The position numbers and the translations under genes are program-made. Source: Acetobacteraceae bacterium (lineage in GTDB: Bacteria; Pseudomonadota; Alphaproteobacteria; Acetobacterales; Acetobacteraceae). Taken from it: a stretch of DNA of 64,000 nucleotides. This document shows, piece by piece, positions 1 to 9,071 of this stretch. Numbering within the stretch: the stretch's first letter is position 1; every line of letters begins with the position of its first letter. Under the pieces are notes generated by a model, which saw nothing but the letters and a program-made list of their open reading frames with translations, did not search any database and was not told the origin of the DNA. The DNA lies in assembly GCA_963692975.2 (NCBI GenBank), contig CAXMMR010000027.1:40887-104886 (forward strand), given 5' to 3'.

Positions 1-642
1 CCAGGCCGGATCGGAGCGGGAGAGGTCGCGCTCGAAGCTCCATAGGTCGTGCAGCTCGGTAATGCCCTCTGTGCCCGTGACAGGATTGCTGGCCCGGTCC
101 AGCGTCATGTTGACCTGGTCCGAGACGAACCGGACGGCGATCTCGGCTTGGCTGCCGAGCAGGGTGGCCGTCTCGATGGTGGCGGCGGTAATGGCGCGGA
201 TCTCGGTGCGTTGGGTCTCGCCGGCCTCCTCACGAGCCGAGATGGCGGCGGCAAAGGCATCGTAGCTCTCGGGGCTGAGCAAGGGCCGCAGCGTGCCGCG
301 GTCGCCGGCGGCAAATGCCTCGACGATCATCCGGAAGGCGGCCTCGGCGCCGGCGAGGAACTTGCCCGGCTCGAAGCTGCGGTCCACACCCTGCATGCGA
401 GACAAAGCCTGCCCCGTCGGGCTTGCCGGGTCGGGCAGGATGCGGCTGGTCGGCGGCGCCTCCACCTTGACGTCGATCATCGGCGATTGCCGTCCAGCCG
501 GTCGCGGCTTGGGCGCCGCAGCCGGCGCCGGACGGCCGTCAAAGCCGGTGCGCTTGCCCAGGATGCTGCGCAGCCGCAGCACCAGGAAGGCGGCAATGGC
601 GCCGAAGAGCACCAGATCGATCGTAAACCCGCCGTCGCCCAT
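1..642 (-). CDS. Tim44-like domain protein (N-terminal part; ORF runs off the left edge of the window)
   Basis: My own minus-strand translation from the ATG at 642 gives MGDGGFTIDLVLFGAIAAFLVLRLRSILGKRTG... (TM helix), then ...FLAGAEAAFRMIVEAFAAGDRGTLRPLLSPESYDAF... It stays open to position 1, so it is absent from the ORF track. It resembles alphaproteobacterial Tim44-like proteins from memory. Confidence 0.65.
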   Translation of the reverse strand, partial: MGDGGFTIDLVLFGAIAAFLVLRLRSILGKRTGFDGRPAPAAAPKPRPAGRQSPMIDVKVEAPPTSRILPDPASPTGQALSRMQGVDRSFEPGKFLAGAEAAFRMIVEAFAAGDRGTLRPLLSPESYDAFAAAISAREEAGETQRTEIRAITAATIETATLLGSQAEIAVRFVSDQVNMTLDRASNPVTGTEGITELHDLWSFERDLSRSDPAW

Positions 643-790
643 GACTATAGACTCCCTGTTGCTAGACATAGGAGGCCAGTCGTCAAGCGGCAATCGTAGA
701 GGGTCACCGGGTCGCGTGCCTTCAGGCGTTAACGCTTCAGCAACCTGTAGAGCCCACACTACCCGTCGAACTCACAGGTTAAGAAGCGCG

Positions 791-2035
791 ATGGCCGGGA
801 GACGTTTTGAACAGCTCCGGGTCCGAGACATCCGGCAGGACCGGCGTGCGACGGTGTCGATCATTACGGCATTTCTCGGCACGGCTCTCATCGGGTTTAG
901 CGCGCTCGCGGTCGATGTCGGCATCTGGAAGACGAATCAGGCCGCCATGCAGGGGGCCGCGGATCAGGCGGCCTATGCGGCCAGCTACAATATTTCCTAC
1001 GGCGTCAGCTCGGCGCGAAAGGAGGGAATGGGTACTGCTGCGGCGAACGGCTTCGTTGGCGGCGTCAACGGCATCGCAGTCGCTATCAACGTCCCGCCTC
1101 TGACCGGCCCCAATACGGCAACGGCCAACGCGATCGAGGCCATCATCACCCAGCCTCAAGCCTCGTTTTTGCGTGGCGTTATCAGCAGCAGCCCGGTGAA
1201 CGCGTCCGGTCGGGCCGTCGTCGTTCCGGTGACTGGTCCCACATGCGTCATGGCACTTCAATCGAGCGGCTACGGGATCAACGTCACGGGTGCGGGCGCC
1301 ATCACCGCCACCAACTGCGACGTCTTCGACGATTCCGTCAGCTCGTCAGCCGATTGCGACGTCGGCGTTGTCGGTGCAGCAACCATCGCCGCCTATGACG
1401 TCTTCCTGGGACAACCCGCCTGTCCCCTGGTGGCCATCGTGGCCACTGACAAGTTCAAGGCGCCTGCAGCAGCGGCAATCGATCCCTACGCAGGCTACAC
1501 TCCGCCTGCTGCGGCATCATCCTGTAAAAGCACGGGTATCGGCCTCATCGCGCTGCTCCCGGTCACGCTCTCAACGCCAGGCACCTATTGCGGCTTTACA
1601 ACAGCGGGCGCTTTGACGCTGAACCTGGGTTCGCCCGGCGTCTACATTTTCGCGGGCAGCATCACTGTCGCTGGCGCCTTCTCCTTCTCCGGAGGATCAA
1701 ACGACGTCACCGTCGTCATGGCGCCTGGCGCAACGATGAACCTGCTCGGCGCTACTTCGGTAAACTTGCATTGTCTCACGACCGGGCCGACGGCAGGGAT
1801 TGCTTTGTGGCTGGAGGGAGACCAGCCGTTCAGCCTGACGGGCGCATCGGCTCTGACCATTGGCGGCGCTTTCTACGCGCCAAGCTCGGCCGTAACCCTA
1901 ACCGGAGCGGCAAGCAGTCCCTGCACTCAGCTTATCGTTTCTTCGCTCTCCGTGACCGGCGCCATAAACCTGCAGCACAATTGCGCGGGTTACGGCGTGC
2001 TGGACGCGACCATTGGCTACAAGCTCGCAGAGTGA
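791..2035 (+). CDS. TadG-like Flp-pilus assembly protein / pseudopilin
   Basis: In-frame ATG at 791 inside ORF 293..2035. The N-terminus RRDRRATVSIITAFLGTALIGFSALAVDVGIWKTNQAAMQGAADQAAYAA is typical of the TadG/TadE N-terminal segment. The rest is a Gly/Ala/Thr-rich region. Confidence 0.6.
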   Translation: MAGRRFEQLRVRDIRQDRRATVSIITAFLGTALIGFSALAVDVGIWKTNQAAMQGAADQAAYAASYNISYGVSSARKEGMGTAAANGFVGGVNGIAVAINVPPLTGPNTATANAIEAIITQPQASFLRGVISSSPVNASGRAVVVPVTGPTCVMALQSSGYGINVTGAGAITATNCDVFDDSVSSSADCDVGVVGAATIAAYDVFLGQPACPLVAIVATDKFKAPAAAAIDPYAGYTPPAAASSCKSTGIGLIALLPVTLSTPGTYCGFTTAGALTLNLGSPGVYIFAGSITVAGAFSFSGGSNDVTVVMAPGATMNLLGATSVNLHCLTTGPTAGIALWLEGDQPFSLTGASALTIGGAFYAPSSAVTLTGAASSPCTQLIVSSLSVTGAINLQHNCAGYGVLDATIGYKLAE

Positions 2036-2517
2036 GGCACTCGTCAAAAGACAGCCTTACGTGCATCAAGGCGTTGCTCCGTGCGCGCGATGGCGTTGCA
2101 GCGGTTGAGTTCGCGCTGCTGGCGCCGACGCTTGTTCTACTGCTTGCCGGTGCGGTTAGCTTCGGCGACGCGCTCCGGGTCAAGGTGGAAGTCGGCAATG
2201 CGGCGCGTGCCGGCGCGGATTGGGCTGCTCTTCAAGGCTATAACATCCTGAAAATCCAGGCTGCAGCACAGGGCGCCACCAATCTCGGCGCCAACGTGAC
2301 AGTGGCCCCTGTGCTCTCGTTAGCTGAGTGCATGGATCCAAGCAGCTCGACGCCGGTCCTGGACCCGTTGTTGACGCCATGCACGAGCACGGGCGCGCCG
2401 CCAGGTCTTTACGTGACGGTAACGACAAGCACCGTCTACCGATACATCATGCCGCTGGCCGGGTTCAACATGGGCGCGGTCACGCTGAGCGGCGTGGCCA
2501 TCGCCCGGGTACAATAG
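2032..2517 (+). CDS. TadE-like pilus assembly protein
   Basis: GTG at 2032 overlaps the TadG stop (GTGA). The motif RDGVAAVEFALLAPTLVLLLAGAVSFG is TadE-type. The start codon is uncertain; a TTG at 2074 is the alternative. Confidence 0.6.
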   Translation: MRHSSKDSLTCIKALLRARDGVAAVEFALLAPTLVLLLAGAVSFGDALRVKVEVGNAARAGADWAALQGYNILKIQAAAQGATNLGANVTVAPVLSLAECMDPSSSTPVLDPLLTPCTSTGAPPGLYVTVTTSTVYRYIMPLAGFNMGAVTLSGVAIARVQ

Positions 2518-2572
2518 TCATCGTGAGGAATGCTGCGGTGCAAGAAATTGCTGACTGGCCGATGGTGAGACC

Positions 2573-2941
2573 ATGACGCTCTATGGCGTCGCCCGCAGGC
2601 TGCAGTCGCGCGCCGGCACCACAGCGGTGGAGTTCGCCCTGCTGGCGCTGCCGTTCCTGCTCCTCGTCACCGGGATAATGGATGCTAGCCGACTAGTCTG
2701 GACCAACTTCTCGCTCCAATTCGCCGTCGAGGCGGCAGCGCGGTGCGCGGCAGTCACCTCGACGACCTGCGGGCCACAGTCGATGACGGCGCCCGGCGCC
2801 GCAAGCTTCACCTACAACGCCACCGCGTCTTGCAACGGCGTCGCCGGCAGTCAAGTATCGGGGACAATGCCGTTCTTTTTCACGGTGCCGGGGTTCCCCG
2901 TGTCAGTCACGCTGAACGCCATGTCGTGCCGACCCACCTAG
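2573..2941 (+). CDS. TadE-like pilus assembly protein
   Basis: ORF 2573..2941. The N-terminal motif SRAGTTAVEFALLALPFLLLVTGIMD is TadE-type. Confidence 0.65.
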   Translation: MTLYGVARRLQSRAGTTAVEFALLALPFLLLVTGIMDASRLVWTNFSLQFAVEAAARCAAVTSTTCGPQSMTAPGAASFTYNATASCNGVAGSQVSGTMPFFFTVPGFPVSVTLNAMSCRPT

Positions 2942-3150
2942 TGGGTCGGTCAAGTTGACGCCGGCACGCTCATGTTTGGAGGAGATGTCGCCTGCAATCA
3001 GGCTGAGCCTGAGACTTCGCGTGTCCAGGTGGGATAAGGGTCACGCCTGGCGTTGACGGAGAATCTGTTTCAGGCGGGTATGGAGCTGACTTTCCACCAC
3101 GCCCGCCACGCGCTAGATCCGGTGCCTCCGGTTCCGGACCCGCTTACGCC

Positions 3151-3705
3151 ATGATCCTGCTGCGCCACGGCCAGAGCGAGTTCAACCGCCAGTTCACCCT
3201 GACCCGGCGCGATCCGGGCATCGAGGATCCCGACCTCACCGAGCTCGGCCAAACCCAGGCCCTGCAAGCCGCCGAGCGCCTCGCCGAGCTCGACCTGCGC
3301 CGCTGCATCGTCTCGCCCTACACCCGAGCCCTGCAGACCGCCGCCCCGATCGTGGCCAGACGCGGCTTGCCGGTGAGCGTCGATCCGCGCGTGCGCGAGC
3401 GCTATGCCTTCGTCTGCGACGTCGGCAGCCCACGCGCCCGGCTTGAGGCAAGCTGGCCAGGGCACGACTTCGCCGCCATCGACGAGGTCTGGTGGCCGAG
3501 CGCCCGCGAGGCCGAGGACGGAGTGATCGCGCGCGCCGGCGCCTTCCGCCGCGACATGGCCGCGCGCGACGATTGGCAGCACACGCTGGTCGTCAGCCAC
3601 TGGGGCTTCCTGCTGGCGCTGAGCGGCACCAGCCTGCAAAACGGCGCCTCTATGCGCTACGACCCGAACACGCCGGCGCCCAGCGAGATCATCTGGCGCC
3701 CATGA
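3151..3705 (+). CDS. Histidine phosphatase (phosphoglycerate mutase) family protein
   Basis: MILLRHGQSEFN... carries the RHG catalytic motif, followed by VSPYTRALQTA and SHWGF. Confidence 0.75.
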   Translation: MILLRHGQSEFNRQFTLTRRDPGIEDPDLTELGQTQALQAAERLAELDLRRCIVSPYTRALQTAAPIVARRGLPVSVDPRVRERYAFVCDVGSPRARLEASWPGHDFAAIDEVWWPSAREAEDGVIARAGAFRRDMAARDDWQHTLVVSHWGFLLALSGTSLQNGASMRYDPNTPAPSEIIWRP

Positions 3706-3834
3706 CCGCCCGCATGACCGCCCGCTGGAACGCCCGCATCACCGCCCGCGCCGGGGCGGCAACCGCACGCCGGTAGCGCCCCGGCGGTCGGCATGCTACC
3801 CGCGCCGCCATCACCGAGCGAGGAAGCCAACGCG

Positions 3835-4347
3835 ATGTCCGAAAGCACCCCGGCGCCGAGCGCGCCTGCCGCCGAGGGACAGCCGCTCCCGCCGCTCACC
3901 GTCAACGTGCAATACGTCAAGGACCTCTCCTTCGAGGTCCCGTCCGGCCCAGAGATCTTCGCCAGCCTGCGCAGCGCCCCGCAGGTCCAGATCAACCTCG
4001 ACGTCCAAGCGCGCCGGCTGCAGGAAGGCCAGAACGTCTTCGAGGTGGTGCTGTCGGTGCGCGCCGAAGCCACCGAGCCGCCCAGCAACGGCACAGCCGG
4101 TCGCCCGGTGTTCATCGCCGAGCTCGCCTATGCCGGCATCTTCACCATCGCCAACGTGCCGGACGATACGGTCGAGCCGATGCTGCTGATCGAATGCCCA
4201 CGGCTGCTGTTCCCCTTCGCCCGCAGCATCATCTCCGACGTCACGCGCGAGGGCGGCTTCCCCGCCGTGCTGCTGCAGCCCATCGACTTCATCGCACTAT
4301 GGCAACAGCGCCGGCAGCAGCAGGCGGCCAGCAGTGCGGTTAACTAA
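3835..4347 (+). CDS. secB: Protein-export chaperone SecB
   Basis: Internal ATG at 3835 preceded by GAGCGAGGAAG. LTVNVQYVKDLSFEVP...ELAYAGIFTI...LLIECPRLLFPFARSIISDVTREGGFP is SecB-like. Confidence 0.85.
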   Translation: MSESTPAPSAPAAEGQPLPPLTVNVQYVKDLSFEVPSGPEIFASLRSAPQVQINLDVQARRLQEGQNVFEVVLSVRAEATEPPSNGTAGRPVFIAELAYAGIFTIANVPDDTVEPMLLIECPRLLFPFARSIISDVTREGGFPAVLLQPIDFIALWQQRRQQQAASSAVN

Positions 4348-4350
4348 GTA

Positions 4351-4552
4351 AGGAAGGCCAGGGGCGTTGCCCCTGGACCCCATTAAAGGCGAAGCCTTTA
4401 AAATCCGTTTACTCGTCGACGCTACGGCGAGGTCAGTGGCGCCGGATACGGGATGAAGAGGCTTCGCCAAGCAAGAAAGCGCTCGTCCAATCTCCAAACA
4501 AATGGGGTCTGGGGCCGCGGGCCCCAGCGGGTCGAGGGCAGAGCCCTCGCCT
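4351..4552. repeat. Family-A composite palindromic REP/MITE-like element
   Basis: AGGAAGGCCAGGGGCGTTGCCCCTGGACCCCATTAAAGGCGAAGCCTTTAAAATCC ... GGCTTCGCCAAGCAAG ... GGGGTCTGGGGCC..GGCCCCAGCGGGTCGAGGGCAGAGCCCTCGCC. The same modules recur throughout the window. Confidence 0.9.
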
Positions 4553-4560
4553 GACTTGCC

Positions 4561-5838
4561 CTACCGCTGAACCAAAGCCGGCACGACGGCAGCCCGCGGC
4601 GTCCCCGTCCACTCGATCCGCCCCGGAGTATGGCAGGCGACGCAGGCCGGCGCCCACGCGCTACTCGTGGCGCCGCACTGGCCACAGCGCCAGCTCGGGT
4701 CGGGCGCGGCGGCCGCGGCATCGCGCAGCGCGCCGCGGGTGTCGCCGCCATCCGCCTCGGCGATGTCGGCGAGCAGCACGTGCAGCCGCCGCTGGTCGAG
4801 CCCGGCGGCCAGCGCCCGGCTCGCATGCCGCCGCGCCTCCCCGGTCAGCCCCGCCTCCAGCGACAGCCTTCCCAGCAGCAGCTGGCTTTCCGGATGGTCC
4901 TCGTTCGGCTTCACGAAGTCCTGGGCGCTGCGCAGACGGGCGATCGGGCTCGCGATCTCGGCCAAGGCGAGCGTCGCAAGGTCCGGCTGCGGCGCCCGCG
5001 ACCAGGCCTCGGCCAGCGCGGCGCGGGCGCGGCGGGCGCGGCCGCCAGTGCGCAGCCGCCGCGCATACAGCAGCGACGCAGGCGAAAACGCCGGGTCGAT
5101 CGCGACCGCCTGCTTGGCCAGCGCCAGCGAACGGCGTCCATCCGGCTCAGCCTCCGCCGCGGCCACCGCATAGGCGGCGCGCACCGGCGCCGGCGCGTCG
5201 GGTGCCGCGCGTGTGAGCTGCAGCGCCTCGTCCCAATGCTGATTGCGCGCGGCGAGGCGGGCCCGCTCCTCGGCCAGCCACGGCGTGCCCGGGCGCGCGG
5301 CCTCGGCGCGCCGGGCCAGCACGGCGGCCTCCTGCCAGTCCTCCCGCGCCACCGCCCGGGCAAACAGCCCGCGCAGGCCGATGAAGGCGGCATCGCGCCG
5401 CTCGGCCAGCAAGGCGTAGGCGCCGGCAACCTCGTCGTCGCGCTCGGCCACCTGGCCGGCCGAGGCGGCGAGCAGCAGCGTCTGCGGCGTGTCGCCCAGC
5501 AGGCGGCGGGCGCGTGCCGCCTCCAGCCGGCTCGCATCGGCATCGCGCGCCGCCAGCGCCACCAGCGCACCGGTCACCGCCTGGTCGCCGCGCCGCCGGA
5601 CCCGCGCCGCCGCCTGCCGCCGCAGCCGCCGCGGCAAACCGATCAGCAGCGCGACGAGGCGGCCGAGCCCGGCGAGCAGGCCGACCAGGATCACCAGCGA
5701 CAGCACGGCGAGCGGCATCGGCATCTGCACCGTAACGCCCTGCACCTCGAGCGCGAAGCTGCCCGGCAGGCTGGCCACCAGCCAGGCAAGCGCCAGCACG
5801 AGCGCCCCGACGACCAGGGCGGCGAGCACGCGGACCAT
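4561..5838 (-). CDS. hemY: HemY-like protein (N-terminal membrane anchor, TPR-like repeats, C-terminal Cys4 ribbon)
   Basis: ATG at 5838 overlaps the upstream stop (ATGA). It begins MVRVLAALVVGALVLALAWLVASLPG, then has two TM segments and Ala/Arg-rich TPR-like repeats, and ends WRCGQCG...CVAC. It sits downstream of hemC-hemD. Confidence 0.7.
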   Translation of the reverse strand: MVRVLAALVVGALVLALAWLVASLPGSFALEVQGVTVQMPMPLAVLSLVILVGLLAGLGRLVALLIGLPRRLRRQAAARVRRRGDQAVTGALVALAARDADASRLEAARARRLLGDTPQTLLLAASAGQVAERDDEVAGAYALLAERRDAAFIGLRGLFARAVAREDWQEAAVLARRAEAARPGTPWLAEERARLAARNQHWDEALQLTRAAPDAPAPVRAAYAVAAAEAEPDGRRSLALAKQAVAIDPAFSPASLLYARRLRTGGRARRARAALAEAWSRAPQPDLATLALAEIASPIARLRSAQDFVKPNEDHPESQLLLGRLSLEAGLTGEARRHASRALAAGLDQRRLHVLLADIAEADGGDTRGALRDAAAAAPDPSWRCGQCGATSSAWAPACVACHTPGRIEWTGTPRAAVVPALVQR

Positions 5839-7106
5839 CAGCCTTGCGCCTCCAGCCCGGTCAGCGCGGCGCGGGCGCCAAGCAGGCCGCGCGCCTGCGC
5901 CAGCCAATCCTGCAGGGGTGCGGCGGCCTCCGGCGGCAATTGCGACAGCGTGGCGACGGTGCCGGTCAGGTCGCCCGCGTCCAGCGTCGCCTGGGCATGC
6001 GCCAGCAGCCCCGCCGCGGGGTTGCCGACGATCACGTGGTCGCCCTGCCGTATGGTGATCACGCCCTGCATGCGCGCCCAGATGCGGCGCCAGAAGCCGC
6101 GACCGTCAGCCGCCGGCCGCGCCGCCTGGTTCGCCGCCTCCGCCAACGCCGGAAACGCCAGCCGCAGCCCGGCCTCGCTCGGCGGCGCGACGCTGGCGTA
6201 GCGGGCCAGCGCCGGCGGCGCGCCGTCGATCGCGCCCACCGGCTGACCCAGCCTGAGCGACGCCGACGCCTCCTGCAAGCGCGCCAGCCGCTCGGTCCGG
6301 CCGGCGAGCCCGGCGAGCGCCGCCTGCGCCTGCTCGGCCTTGGCCAGCCGGTCGGTCAGAGCCGCGATGGCGCCCTTCTGCGCGTCGATCAGCCGTGTGG
6401 TCTCCAGGCTGCTGGCGCTGCTCTCGCTCTGCTGCCGGGCGGCCAACGCATCCTGGCGGGCGGCCACCTGGTCAAGCCGGGTCGCGATCACCGCCAGGTC
6501 GGCGCTGCTGACGGCCGGCGGCGCGGGTGGAACGGGCGGCTGCGGGACAGGCGGCGGTGAGGCGGGCGGCGGCGGGTTGGGCGGCGATGGGGCGGCGGCC
6601 GGCGCCGGCATCGGCGATGCAGCAGCGACAGGCGCGGCGGCAGGCGCCTGCTCCAGCTTGGCGACCCGGCCGGTCAGGCTGGCGACGGTGCCGTCGAGCC
6701 CGGCGAGGCGGCCGGCGAGCTCCGGGTTCGGCGTCGCCCACACATAGGCGAGCCCCGCCGCCAGCAGCCCCGACAGCAGCAGCGTCAGCACCAGCGCCGC
6801 AACGCCGGCGCGCGAGCCCGCCCCAGCCCCGGCGGCCTGCCCCTTGGCGACCGCCTCCCGATCCGACCGCGCACCGACACCGCCCGCGCCGCCCGCCGGC
6901 GTGGACGAGGGACGCGGCGGCTGCCGCATCCGCCCGGCCGCCGTGGCCGACGATGCGGCCGACGACTCAGGCAATACGAACGGCTCCGACATCGAAGGCG
7001 CGGGCACGGACGGCGGCGCGACGGAGGGCGGCGCTGCGGCAGGCGCCGGCACGTCCGAGGCCGGCGAGACCGGCGGGAGGGGCGGCTCGGCGTCGGTGTC
7101 GCTCAT
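5838..7106 (-). CDS. Mitofilin/Mic60-like (HemX-position) membrane protein
   Basis: ATG at 7106 overlaps the hemD stop (ATGA). It has a Pro/Ala-rich N-terminus, a TM helix (AALVLTLLLSGLLAAGLAYVW), a coiled-coil-like middle and a C-terminal segment ...ITIRQGDHVIVGNPAAGLLAHAQATLDAGDLTGTVATLSQLP...WLAQARGLLGARAAL. It lies between hemD and hemY. Confidence 0.6.
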   Translation of the reverse strand: MSDTDAEPPLPPVSPASDVPAPAAAPPSVAPPSVPAPSMSEPFVLPESSAASSATAAGRMRQPPRPSSTPAGGAGGVGARSDREAVAKGQAAGAGAGSRAGVAALVLTLLLSGLLAAGLAYVWATPNPELAGRLAGLDGTVASLTGRVAKLEQAPAAAPVAAASPMPAPAAAPSPPNPPPPASPPPVPQPPVPPAPPAVSSADLAVIATRLDQVAARQDALAARQQSESSASSLETTRLIDAQKGAIAALTDRLAKAEQAQAALAGLAGRTERLARLQEASASLRLGQPVGAIDGAPPALARYASVAPPSEAGLRLAFPALAEAANQAARPAADGRGFWRRIWARMQGVITIRQGDHVIVGNPAAGLLAHAQATLDAGDLTGTVATLSQLPPEAAAPLQDWLAQARGLLGARAALTGLEAQG

Positions 7107-7780
7107 AGCAGGCTCAGCACCTCGTCCAGGGTCGGATGGCGCGCGACGCTGAGGCGGCGCCAGGGCAGCCCATGTAGCGCCTGACCAGCCGATGCGCCAA
7201 TCGCCACCGCAATACTCGAGGCAAGACGCGGCGCCAGCGACGCCGGCAGCAGGCGCCCGAACGCCCGCGCCGTCTCGGCCGACAGGAACAGCGCCGCATG
7301 CAGCCCCGCCGCGATCGCCGCCGCCGCCGCCTCGGGCAGCGCCTCGACCGGCTCGGCGACATAGGCGTCCTGCCGCCGCACGTCGAACCCGGCAGCGGCG
7401 AGTGCCGCGGCCAGGCCCGCCCCCTGCCCCGCCCCGCTCGCCAGCAGCAGCGGGCCGCCGGCCGGATCGCACACCCGGCAGGCCAGACGCACCAGCGCCC
7501 CGGCGTCGCCCGACGCGCTCAGCACGTCGGCGTGTCCGGCCGCGCGCGCCTCGCTGGCGGTCGCATCCCCCACCGCCAGCAGCCGCGGCCCGCCCGCCGG
7601 CCAAGTCCGAAGCGCCGGCAGCGCGTTGGCGCTGGCGACCAGCACCGCCTGGGTGCCGGCCGGCACCGCGACCAGCCCGGTCCTCACCCGCAACAGCGGC
7701 GCGACCACCGGCCGGAACCCGCGCGCGGCCAGCGCCGCCGCCGTGCGCGCCGCCGCCGGCGCCGAGCGGGTCACCAGCAC
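7103..7780 (-). CDS. hemD: Uroporphyrinogen-III synthase
   Basis: [30 protein letters not shown]... is HemD-like and lies directly downstream of hemC. The GTG start at 7780 is inferred because there is no in-frame ATG nearby. Confidence 0.7.
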   Translation of the reverse strand: MLVTRSAPAAARTAAALAARGFRPVVAPLLRVRTGLVAVPAGTQAVLVASANALPALRTWPAGGPRLLAVGDATASEARAAGHADVLSASGDAGALVRLACRVCDPAGGPLLLASGAGQGAGLAAALAAAGFDVRRQDAYVAEPVEALPEAAAAAIAAGLHAALFLSAETARAFGRLLPASLAPRLASSIAVAIGASAGQALHGLPWRRLSVARHPTLDEVLSLL

Positions 7781-7790
7781 CGCAGGCCGC

Positions 7791-8828
7791 TCAGCTCGGA
7801 TCGACCGCCTCGAACATGTCGGCGGCAAAGATGTCGTCGGGGCTGTCGGCCCGCAGCGAGTGCCCCAGTGCAAGCCCCAGCGGCCCGGCATCCGCGGCCT
7901 GCCCGCGCAGCGAGCGCTTGAGCAGGAACGAGCCGTCCTCGCGCGCCACCAGCCCCACCAAATGCAGCGACCCGTCCGCCAGCACCCGCGCATAGCCGCC
8001 GATCGGCGTCCGGCACGAGCCGTCCAACGCCGCCAGCATCGCCCGCTCCGCCGTCGCCACCGCGCGCGACATCGGGTCCTCGATCCCCGCCAGCAGCTCG
8101 TGCAGCTCGACATCGTCCTCGCGCACCGTCACGCCGACGATCCCCTGGCACGCCGACGGCACCATCGATTCCGGGTCGAGCACCGCCGCGGCATGATCCG
8201 CCAGCCCCAGCCGCTTCAGCCCGGCCAGCGCCAGCAACGTCGCGTCGCACTGCCCGGCGGCCAGCCGCGCCAGCCGCGTCTGCACGTTGCCGCGCATCAG
8301 CACCATGCGCAGGTCCGGCCGCGCATGCAGCAGCTGCGCCTGGCGCCGCATCGAGGCGGTGCCGATCACCGCGCCGTCGGGCAGTGCCGCCAGCGGATTG
8401 CCCGGGTCGAGCGGCGGCGCCCCCGGCGCCAGCACGATCACGTCGCGCGCATCCTCGCGCTGCAATGTGCAGGCGAGCACGATGCCGGGCGGCAGCGCCG
8501 TCTCCAGGTCCTTCAGGCTGTGCACCGCGAAGTCGATCCGCCGCTCGCGCAACGCCTGATGGATCTCCTTGGCGAACAGCCCCTTGCCGCCGATCTCGGA
8601 GAGCGGGCGATCCTGCACCACGTCGCCGGTGGTGCGGATCAGATGCTCCTCGAACACCTCCATGCCGCGCAGCACCGGGCAGAAGCCGCGCAGCCGCTCC
8701 AGGAAGTGCCGGGTCTGCCACAGCGCCAGCGGCGAGCCGCGCGTGCCCACGCGCAGCGGCAAGGCGCGCCGATGCGGCGGCAGCCGCGGCGCCGGACAAG
8801 CGGGCGCGGGAGTGGGCATGTCGGCCAT
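7791..8828 (-). CDS. hemC: Porphobilinogen deaminase (hydroxymethylbilane synthase)
   Basis: [18 protein letters not shown]...FAVHSLKDL...[12 protein letters not shown]... is HemC-like. The ATG at 8828 (or 8819) was chosen because the longer ORF start lies inside a repeat element. Confidence 0.9.
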   Translation of the reverse strand: MADMPTPAPACPAPRLPPHRRALPLRVGTRGSPLALWQTRHFLERLRGFCPVLRGMEVFEEHLIRTTGDVVQDRPLSEIGGKGLFAKEIHQALRERRIDFAVHSLKDLETALPPGIVLACTLQREDARDVIVLAPGAPPLDPGNPLAALPDGAVIGTASMRRQAQLLHARPDLRMVLMRGNVQTRLARLAAGQCDATLLALAGLKRLGLADHAAAVLDPESMVPSACQGIVGVTVREDDVELHELLAGIEDPMSRAVATAERAMLAALDGSCRTPIGGYARVLADGSLHLVGLVAREDGSFLLKRSLRGQAADAGPLGLALGHSLRADSPDDIFAADMFEAVDPS

Positions 8829-8858
8829 CGGGCCGTAGGTATTACCGCAGTGCGCAAA

Positions 8859-9069
8859 AAGGAAGGCAAGGGGCTTTACCCCCTTGACCCCATCAAAGGC
8901 GGAGCCTTTGAAATCCATTCGTTATCCGTTTTCGACGGCGAGCTCAGTGCCCGCTTGGAGCAGAATGACTGGCTTCGCCAAGCAAGGAACAGGGCGTTTG
9001 AACTCCAAACGAACGGGGTCTGGGGCCTCCCGGCCCCAGCGGGTCGAGGGCAGAGCCCTCGCCTTCCTT
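8859..9069. repeat. Family-A composite REP/MITE-like element
   Basis: AAGGAAGGCAAGGGGCTTTACCCCCTTGACCCCATCAAAGGCGGAGCCTTTGAAATCC...GGCTTCGCCAAGCAAGG...GGGGTCTGGGGCCTCCCGGCCCCAGCGGGTCGAGGGCAGAGCCCTCGCCTTCCTT. It fills the divergent hemC/tsaD spacer. Confidence 0.9.
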
Positions 9070-9071
9070 CA

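Noticed and set aside
49-699. 216-aa + strand ORF at the window start
   Set aside because: The opposite strand encodes a convincing Tim44-like protein that is open to the window edge. The + frame is a shadow.
4630-6201. 523-aa + strand ORF, and similar ORFs at 6527..7108, 7192..7995, 9081..10454, 13160..14704, 22270..23862, 24133..25506, 25513..26973, 27030..28061, 28491..29465, 30615..32012, 31550..32764, 47294..48841, 48965..49951 and 60002..61228
   Set aside because: All are antisense or out-of-frame overlaps of genes with clear family signatures. Their compositions are biased towards Arg/Ala/Gly/Pro, as expected from GC-rich non-coding frames.
7626-9071. Long N-terminal extension of the tsaD-frame ORF (871 aa)
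   Set aside because: The extension is antisense to hemD/hemC and crosses a repeat element. TsaD homology starts at the ATG at 9072.
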